Shown here: one piece after another, positions 57,457-64,000 of the stretch
How the letters are laid out: each line of letters starts with the position of its first letter
How positions within the stretch are numbered: the stretch's first letter is position 1
NCBI GenBank assembly: GCA_044345845.1
Contig: JBIJAH010000007.1
Span: forward strand, 40,414-104,413
DNA from: Roseomonas sp.
Lineage (GTDB): Bacteria; Pseudomonadota; Alphaproteobacteria; Acetobacterales; Acetobacteraceae
Reading direction: 5' to 3'
DNA: 64,000 bases
The notes under the pieces: model-generated
The model's database searches: none
Told to the model about the DNA's origin: nothing
What the model saw: the letters and a program-made list of their open reading frames with translations, nothing else
Position numbers and translations under genes: made by a program

Positions 57457-57873
57457 TCAAGCCTCCTTCGCGGGGCGGAAAAGGGGCAGGGTGATGTCGT
57501 CATCCATCTTGGTCGGTGCCAATTCCAGCTTCATGTCCAAAACCAAGGCTTCCGGTGTTTGCGGGCATTCCACGATATTCGTCATCATGCGTGGGCCTTC
57601 TTCAAGTTCCACCACCGCAATCGCGTAAGGAGGCTTGAAGCCAGGCACCGGGCGATGATGGATCACATAGGAATGCAGCGTGCCACGGCCTGAAGCTTCA
57701 AAAACTTCGACATTGCGCGTGCCGGTATAGGGGCTGAAGGGGCGCGGCGGGAAATAGGGCTTGCCCGTATCGCCGCAACGCTGGAGCAACAGCTTGCCTT
57801 GGCGCAACCCCTCCCAGAAGTGGCGGGTTTCGGGCGTTGGTTCCGGCCGGGCGCGGCCTGGTTCAAGGCTCAT
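57457..57873 (-). CDS. DUF35 zinc-ribbon/OB-fold protein
   Basis: ETRHFW, LLLQRC...YFPPR, GTLHSY and VELEEGPRMMTNIV. Confidence 0.9.
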   Translation of the reverse strand: MSLEPGRARPEPTPETRHFWEGLRQGKLLLQRCGDTGKPYFPPRPFSPYTGTRNVEVFEASGRGTLHSYVIHHRPVPGFKPPYAIAVVELEEGPRMMTNIVECPQTPEALVLDMKLELAPTKMDDDITLPLFRPAKEA

Positions 57874-57960
57874 GGCTGAGCTTCCTCCTGGTTGTTCTAG
57901 GATGGATGTTCCACTGCCTTGGCCAGAAGGGAAAGGGGGTAAATGTGCGGGGTGGGTTCG

Positions 57961-58830
57961 CTATAGTTCGAGAATGCGTTCCGGCGTGACGCGCCCGCGC
58001 AGCAAATCCCAAAGCCCGATCATATTGCCGCGAAACCGGCCCCAGCGATCCGCCCAGGGCTCAGGAAACGCGGAGCGCAGCAGATTCTTCGCGCAATGCC
58101 GCGCAGCACTTGGGATGGCGTGGCTCCAGGGGAAGGAGCCTTTGATGGCAAGGTAGATAGGGTTCACCACCTGCGAATAACCAAGCCTGAGGCCCGGCAC
58201 GCGCCCCGCCTTCGCGCCAAGATGCACACCGCGCGCACCCGCAAGCCGTAGGATTTTCCCGTGCGCACCAAGGCGGCGCGTGACATCAATATCCTCATAC
58301 CAGGCGTAAAGTGGCAGGCGTTCATCAACGCGAATATCATGGGCGCGCACGGCAGCCATGCGAAAGGCCATGTTGCAGCCATAGCCGTTGAAAGCCTCGA
58401 TCACTGCAAACGCATCTGCCACACCTGGATCGGCGGAGAGTAGTGCCGCGCCTTCGGCCAAGTCATAGCCCGGTGCATTGGCGCCATCTGCAATCACCGT
58501 GCCGGTCGCGACCACCATTTCAGGGTGTTTCTCAAAACAGCTTTCCAGCACGGCAAGAAACTGTGCATTGCAGAGGAAATCATCATCCAGGAACAGGACT
58601 ACATCGCTTTCACGCGCCGCGTCCAGGATACGGTTGCGCTGGCGCGGCAGGCCGGCGGGGGCGGTGATGAAGTCCACACCGGGGATCGCTTCACAACCGG
58701 AGATGTCATCGGCGGAGACATGGCAGACCAGAATGCGATCCGCCTTGCGGGTTTGCCGCGCAAGATCACGCAAGACACCCGCCAGAATGGCCGGCCTGCC
58801 GCGTGTGGCGATGCCGATGGTGATATGCAT
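57961..58830 (-). CDS. GT2 glycosyltransferase
   Basis: IGIATRGR, LFLDDD, GCNMAFR and AWYEDID. Confidence 0.88.
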   Translation of the reverse strand: MHITIGIATRGRPAILAGVLRDLARQTRKADRILVCHVSADDISGCEAIPGVDFITAPAGLPRQRNRILDAARESDVVLFLDDDFLCNAQFLAVLESCFEKHPEMVVATGTVIADGANAPGYDLAEGAALLSADPGVADAFAVIEAFNGYGCNMAFRMAAVRAHDIRVDERLPLYAWYEDIDVTRRLGAHGKILRLAGARGVHLGAKAGRVPGLRLGYSQVVNPIYLAIKGSFPWSHAIPSAARHCAKNLLRSAFPEPWADRWGRFRGNMIGLWDLLRGRVTPERILEL

Positions 58831-59705
58831 CAGGCGCTACCTTGCAGCGGCGCGGGCAGGGGGGCTTCGCGCGCTTCCCGCGCCAGGCCGCCAATCAGCC
58901 GGCCCCAAAAGCTCATCGCGTAATAAGCAGCGTTGTGAAAGCGTAGTATTGCAAGGCTGATCAGCGCACCGGCGATGGGGCGCACCAGAAAGGCGAACCA
59001 GACGGAAGGCGGTACGCCATGCCGGCGCAGCACGAAGCCAAGCCCACGCCCGTAACTCGCCGCGCGAGACAATGCCACTTCCGTCAAGCGCTTGTCCGGA
59101 TGGATGATGCGCAAGCCCGCATCATATTGCGCAACCGCACCGCGTGCGATGGCGCGACAAACCAGATCATTGCCCTCAGCCGAGCCCCAGCGCGTTCCAG
59201 GGCCAAGCTTTTCATCAAAGCCACCCAGCGCCAGCATCAATTGGCGCGGCAGGAACAGGTTGAATTCAATAACGCTTGTCCAGACATTATTCAGGTCAAT
59301 CGCGCCCGAGGCTTCGCGCCAGCGCCCCGATCCAAGCCCGCCTTCCGGTGATGCCGCCGGGCCCGTCAGCACGCCAAGCGATGGTACCGCAAGAAAGGCG
59401 GCATCAACACGCGCCAGCACGCCCGCCGGATAAAGGCAGTCATCATCCGGGAAGGTGACGATCTCACCTTGTGCGGAGCGCAGCCCAAGATTGCGCGCAT
59501 GATTGGCGTTGCGGATGCTGGAACGCAGATGGGTGATGCGTATGCGCGCTTCATAAGGCTGTAGCACCGGCGCCACCCGATCATCGGAATTCTGATCCAC
59601 GATGATCACTTCAAAATCATCCCGCCCCTGCGCCAGCAAGCTTTCCAGTAAATCACCGATTTCAGTGCTGCGGCCAAGGGTCGCGACAATCAGTGAAAAC
59701 CTCAT
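58830..59705 (-). CDS. GT2 glycosyltransferase
   Basis: MRFSLIVATLGR, IIVDQN, FPDDD and GGFDEKLGPG. Start 59705 gives an ATGA overlap. Confidence 0.88.
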   Translation of the reverse strand: MRFSLIVATLGRSTEIGDLLESLLAQGRDDFEVIIVDQNSDDRVAPVLQPYEARIRITHLRSSIRNANHARNLGLRSAQGEIVTFPDDDCLYPAGVLARVDAAFLAVPSLGVLTGPAASPEGGLGSGRWREASGAIDLNNVWTSVIEFNLFLPRQLMLALGGFDEKLGPGTRWGSAEGNDLVCRAIARGAVAQYDAGLRIIHPDKRLTEVALSRAASYGRGLGFVLRRHGVPPSVWFAFLVRPIAGALISLAILRFHNAAYYAMSFWGRLIGGLAREAREAPLPAPLQGSA

Positions 59706-60832
59706 GTCGCGGCGATCCCAAGCGCTCCATGCACTACTTGGCGGAAGTTGCGGCGGAAATGCGCATTGCTGAAGCGTTCCGCATTGGCGCGGCAATCCTC
59801 GGGCGTGATGGCGGGCGCCATGGCCTCAAACCGCTCCACCGCGGCAATCAGGCTTGCAGTGGTTTGTTCCTGGAAGAAAATGCCGGTGGGGCGTGTATCA
59901 GGTGGCGCCACCACGATATCGCGTGCGCCACCACGCCCATAAGCAATCACCGGCGTGCCGCAGGCTTGTGCTTCCACGGTCGCGATGCCGAAATCCTCCT
60001 CGGCGGCGAAAACCGCCGCGCGCGCGCCTTGCGTCAGTGCAATCAGCTCCGCCCGTGCGACGCGGCCCTTGAAGGTGATGTTAGGCGCATCGCCGGCAGC
60101 GGCGCGTGCCTGCGCCTCATTCGGGCCATCGCCCACAATGATCAGCTTGCGGTTTGGCATGCCGCGGAAGGCAGCGGCAATCAGGTCAACGCGCTTATAG
60201 GGCACGATGCGCGATGCGATCAGATAGTAATCGCCCTTGCTGCCGGAAGGCGTGAAGCTTTCGATATCCACTGGCGGATGCAGCACCCGCGCATCGCGCC
60301 GCCAGGTCTTTTGAATGCGTTCGGCGATATAGCTTGAATTGGCAAGCACAATATCGGGGTTGAGCGCACTCGCCCGATCCCAAAGCCGCATGCGATGCAA
60401 CAGCCAGCGCGTATAGGCGCCCTTCAAGCCGCGCGTGAGGCCCGCTTCGCGCAGATATTGGTGCTGCAAATCCCAGGCATAGCGCATGGGGCTATGGACA
60501 TAGGAGATATGGATCTGCCCCGGCCCCGTCAGCACGCCCTTGGCGACAGCGTGGGACGATGAAATCACGACATCGTAGCCGGAAAGATCAAGCTGTTCGA
60601 TGGCCAGCGGCATCAGGCCCAGGAACTTGCGGAAATGCTTCCGTGCAAAAGGCATGCGCTGGATGAAGCTGGTAGTAACAGGCTTGCCTTGCAGAAAACC
60701 ACGTTCGGCTTCCGGCATGAAATCGCAAACGGCGAAGACATCCGCTTCCGGCCATTCCAGCAGAAGCTGTTCCAGCACGCGTTCCGAACCCGCATAGCTA
60801 TCCAGCCATTCATGCACCAGGGCGATCTTCAT
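59702..60832 (-). CDS. GT4 glycosyltransferase
   Basis: MKIALVHEWL, ISSSHAVAKG, and EDFGIATVEAQACGTPV. Confidence 0.92.
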   Translation of the reverse strand: MKIALVHEWLDSYAGSERVLEQLLLEWPEADVFAVCDFMPEAERGFLQGKPVTTSFIQRMPFARKHFRKFLGLMPLAIEQLDLSGYDVVISSSHAVAKGVLTGPGQIHISYVHSPMRYAWDLQHQYLREAGLTRGLKGAYTRWLLHRMRLWDRASALNPDIVLANSSYIAERIQKTWRRDARVLHPPVDIESFTPSGSKGDYYLIASRIVPYKRVDLIAAAFRGMPNRKLIIVGDGPNEAQARAAAGDAPNITFKGRVARAELIALTQGARAAVFAAEEDFGIATVEAQACGTPVIAYGRGGARDIVVAPPDTRPTGIFFQEQTTASLIAAVERFEAMAPAITPEDCRANAERFSNAHFRRNFRQVVHGALGIAAT

Positions 60833-61905
60833 GGCGCGTTCCTTCGGATCAGGGACAACAAGGCAAGCGCAGCCTTTTCCCAAGTATAGAGCGCCGCGCG
60901 CTTCAGCCCCGCATCCCGCATGCCGGCGGCCAAGCCTTCTTCATCAAGCAACCGTTCCAGGGCTTCAGCTAGTGTTTCAGGCCGCAGCGGGTCGAACCAA
61001 AGCGCGGCTTCGCCGCACACCTCAGGCACCGCGCCTGCATGGGCGGCGACAAGCGGGCAGCCGCACGTCATGGCTTCCAAGGGCGGCAGGCCAAAGCCTT
61101 CATAGCGGGATGGGAAAATCAGACAGAGCGCGTTTTCATATAACGCGCGCAATTCGGCATCACTGACCCGCCCCAGAATGCGCCCGGCATCGGCGGCAGG
61201 CCCACCGCCGGCGCGAAACACCGCCGGGTCAGCCGCACCCGCTACAGCCAGCGTCAAGCCACGTTGCCCAAGCAGCGCCGCCGCACTTGTAAGCGCGGCC
61301 AAGTTCTTGTGTGCCGCCGGATTGCCAACCACCAGCGCATAGCGGCCCGCTGCCAGCCCATGACGCGCCAGAATCCCGGTATCCGCGCTGATGCGCAGCA
61401 TGTGATCGCCACCTTCCGGCAAGACGCCAATACCCTCAGGCGCCACACCCAGCGCCGCTGCAATGCGCCCGCGCGAAAATTCCGAAACCGTCAGCAATTG
61501 TGCGCCAGACCGCGCGAGCATCTTGTGCAGAAAGCGATACCAGGTGCGGAAGGCGAGGGAATAACTTTCTGGCGTGTCAAACACGCCGGCATCATGGATC
61601 ACGACTGCTTGGCCACTGCCCAGCATCAGCGGCGCGGTATTGCCAAGGTTGATCAGGAAGGACCCCTTGGTCGCTTTCGGCAATTCCCATTGTTCCCAGA
61701 GCTGGCCTGATTTTTGGCCAATGGCTTCTGCCTTCAAATAGGCAAAGGGGCTTTGCGCCACGCTGCTTGGCATCAATAGCCGTGCTGCAGGCCAGGTATC
61801 ATGCCCCGCCAGCCGATCCGCCGCCGCAGTGATTTCGCGCGCGAAACGCTGCACGCCAGTCATGCCCTGCGTCAGAAAGCGGCCATTGATGGCGATTGGC
61901 ATCAT
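60829..61905 (-). CDS. GT4 glycosyltransferase (mannosyltransferase-like)
   Basis: INGRFLTQ...GVQRFA, HKN, and FPSRYEGFGLPPLEAM. Start 61905 gives an ATGA overlap. Confidence 0.92.
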   Translation of the reverse strand: MMPIAINGRFLTQGMTGVQRFAREITAAADRLAGHDTWPAARLLMPSSVAQSPFAYLKAEAIGQKSGQLWEQWELPKATKGSFLINLGNTAPLMLGSGQAVVIHDAGVFDTPESYSLAFRTWYRFLHKMLARSGAQLLTVSEFSRGRIAAALGVAPEGIGVLPEGGDHMLRISADTGILARHGLAAGRYALVVGNPAAHKNLAALTSAAALLGQRGLTLAVAGAADPAVFRAGGGPAADAGRILGRVSDAELRALYENALCLIFPSRYEGFGLPPLEAMTCGCPLVAAHAGAVPEVCGEAALWFDPLRPETLAEALERLLDEEGLAAGMRDAGLKRAALYTWEKAALALLSLIRRNAP

Positions 61906-63422
61906 GCGCTGCGGCGCCCCTTTCCACGGATCAGCGCCAAAGCGCTGACCTTGTCTTGTGGCGCGGCAATGGACCAACCGGCGGCGAAAACCAAGCCGAA
62001 AACCAAGGCGGCCAGAAGCGCGGGCCAAAGCCAGCCACCCAAGGGCACCAGCGCTGCCAAACCAAGGGCGGCTGGGATGATTGGCCAAAGCAGATCGCGT
62101 ATCGTCCCCCGCACGGCCGGGTAAAGCCGCGCGGCGAACCAGCAGCGCCCCAGACAATCCACCACGCAGCGCGCCGCCCAAGCCAGTGCCGCGCCTTCAA
62201 TGCCAATCCAGGGCAAAAGCGCCGCGCTCAGCGGCAGGAAGATCGCTGCCAGCACTAGCGAGAATTTAGCGGTCACATCTGGCCGCCCAATCGCTTCCAA
62301 CAAGACACCAGGGATGAAGGCCAGGCAGGAAAAGAAAATGCCAAAGGCAAGAATGCGCAGCACCTGGCCGCCGCCCGTCGCAAAAGCCTCACCCAACCAA
62401 AGCCGCAAGAAAAGCTCCGCCCCTGGGATCAGGATCAAGGAAGCCGGCAGGCAAAGCGCCATCACAATCAAGGCGCCGCGCTTCAGAAGCAGCGCGGTAT
62501 CCTGCGGCAGGTCACGATAGGAAGAAGCAATGGCGGGCAGCATGGTCTGCGCCACCGCCACTGGCAAAATCCAAAGCCGCATGATCAGATCAAGCGGTGT
62601 CGCGTAAAACGCTACTGCCGAAAGTGTCAGCATGGCGCCGATGATGAAGCGATCCGCGTAGAGCAATAGCTGCGTGAGCGCGCCGGAAAGGCTCATCCAC
62701 AAGCCTTGGCGCAGCAATGGCCGCATCAGGGCAAAGCGCGCTTCGCGCAAGCCAAGCCCCGGCACATCGCGATGGGCTATGATGGCGTAAGCAAAGCCGC
62801 TGAAAAGCCGCACCAAAATCACCGCCAACATCACGCCGATCAGGCTGTTCCAAACGAACAACACCAGCAAAGGGCCGAGATAGTAAAAGGTATTGAGCGG
62901 GATATTCACCAGATTAGCGAGCCGAAAACGCTGCCAGGCGGAAAGCACACCCCAAAGCGCGGCGTTCAGCACCACCAAAGGCGCGCCGGCGGCCAGTAAT
63001 TGAAAGGCTGTGATGGCTTCCTGCCGCAAGCCTTCCGGCACATTCAGGAATTCGCCCACCAACCATGGCATCGCCAGGAAAAGCGCCACTGCCATGATGG
63101 AAGACACGCCAAGCAAGGCGAGCAATGTCGCCCCGATCATGGCGCGCGCTTCGTCAACCGCGCCAGTACCCAGCTTTTCCGAAACGCCGCGCGTCAGTGC
63201 CATGCCAAGGCCAAGATCAAAAACGCCGAAAATGCCAATCAGCGCCAGCGCCAGGGTGAAAAGCCCCCAGCGTTCCACGCCAAGGGCGCCAACCAGAAAC
63301 GGCGTGATGACTAGGGCGAGCAACAAGGGCAGGCCGCGCCCAAGCCCATTCCACAGAATGCCGGAGACTAGCCTGCGTCCGCCCGCGCGTTCCGCAGAAG
63401 TGGAGGTTTGCGCCTCAGCCAT
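61902..63422 (-). CDS. wzx: Wzx/MOP-family polysaccharide flippase
   Basis: About 12-14 TMs, FDLGLG, and ADRFIIG...AFYATP. Confidence 0.88.
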   Translation of the reverse strand: MAEAQTSTSAERAGGRRLVSGILWNGLGRGLPLLLALVITPFLVGALGVERWGLFTLALALIGIFGVFDLGLGMALTRGVSEKLGTGAVDEARAMIGATLLALLGVSSIMAVALFLAMPWLVGEFLNVPEGLRQEAITAFQLLAAGAPLVVLNAALWGVLSAWQRFRLANLVNIPLNTFYYLGPLLVLFVWNSLIGVMLAVILVRLFSGFAYAIIAHRDVPGLGLREARFALMRPLLRQGLWMSLSGALTQLLLYADRFIIGAMLTLSAVAFYATPLDLIMRLWILPVAVAQTMLPAIASSYRDLPQDTALLLKRGALIVMALCLPASLILIPGAELFLRLWLGEAFATGGGQVLRILAFGIFFSCLAFIPGVLLEAIGRPDVTAKFSLVLAAIFLPLSAALLPWIGIEGAALAWAARCVVDCLGRCWFAARLYPAVRGTIRDLLWPIIPAALGLAALVPLGGWLWPALLAALVFGLVFAAGWSIAAPQDKVSALALIRGKGRRSA

Positions 63423-63496
63423 TGGCAGACCCTTCAGCCGGCTGCGCGCTGGGATTTATTAGCAGGGCGCGGCAGGTTTGCCGCGCGCCATCACCT

Positions 63497-64000
63497 TCAA
63501 TGCGCGCCGCGGCGCGACAATACCGCAACTGGCGTGCGCAACAGAATGGAAATGTCTGCCAGCAGCGACGGGCGCGACACATAGGAAACATCCAGCGCCA
63601 CGCGGGATTCGTAGGATGTTTCGCTCCGCCCGCTCACCTGCCAAAGGCCGGTAATGCCAGGGCGCACCGCCATGTAGTGCGCGGCTGAAGCGCCGTAATA
63701 GCGATCAATCTCTGCTTCCTGCACGGGGCGGGGGCCAACCAGGCTCATTTCGCCGCGCAGCACATTGATCAGCTGCGGCAATTCATCAAGGCTGGTGGAA
63801 CGCAGGAAGCGACCAATGCGCGTGATGCGCGGGTCATTCTTCAGCTTGCGGGTCGCTTCCCATTCAGCGCGCGCCGCCGGATCATTGGCCAGCAGCGTTT
63901 CAAGGCGCGCTTGCGAATCAATCACCATGGAGCGGAATTTGAGGCAGCCAAACAGCTTGCCGCCGCGACCCACGCGCTGATGCGCGAAGAAGGCCGGGCC
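63497..64000 (-). CDS. Priming sugar transferase (WbaP/ExoY-type), 5' end beyond the window
   Basis: KFRSM, KLKNDPRITRIGRFLRSTSLDELPQL, SLVGPRP and PGITGLWQVSGR. Confidence 0.93.
   Translation of the reverse strand, partial: GPAFFAHQRVGRGGKLFGCLKFRSMVIDSQARLETLLANDPAARAEWEATRKLKNDPRITRIGRFLRSTSLDELPQLINVLRGEMSLVGPRPVQEAEIDRYYGASAAHYMAVRPGITGLWQVSGRSETSYESRVALDVSYVSRPSLLADISILLRTPVAVLSRRGAH

Overview
This is a GC-rich alphaproteobacterial chromosome segment. Gene content and style suggest a free-living Acetobacteraceae/Roseomonas-like organism (inference). It holds about 55 genes, and I saw no rRNA, tRNA, CRISPR array, integrase or IS. Most of it is housekeeping or metabolic: TRAP dctPQM, mscL, xseA, phaR/phaC-like/phaA, tartrate dehydrogenase, rpoH, rluD, msrAB, modABC-modE, phoD, thiolase/DUF35, and the start of an exopolysaccharide cluster. 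The standout is a tightly coupled 12.2-kb, 7-gene minus-strand operon (3110-15355). It encodes SrfB (with a full set of actin/Hsp70-fold ATPase motifs), SrfC (P-loop GTPase motifs), a bitopic Sel1-repeat membrane protein, a kinase-less secreted PpkA-ectodomain/vWA protein, and TagT/TagS/TagR-like ABC ATPase, permease and FGE-sulfatase proteins. No T6SS core genes, kinase, tagQ or srfA appear in the window, so it looks like an uncharacterised envelope-spanning NTPase signalling or remodelling system. Other items worth a second look are a ~215-nt dual-coding overlap in the PHA locus, a TRAP-type binding protein paired with a hybrid histidine kinase, an msrAB-beta-propeller-deacetylase-desaturase operon, an AT-richer soluble kinase/regulator pair, and an ArgH-like lyase beside a Bug receptor. 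All family assignments come from motif recognition by eye; no database searches were run.
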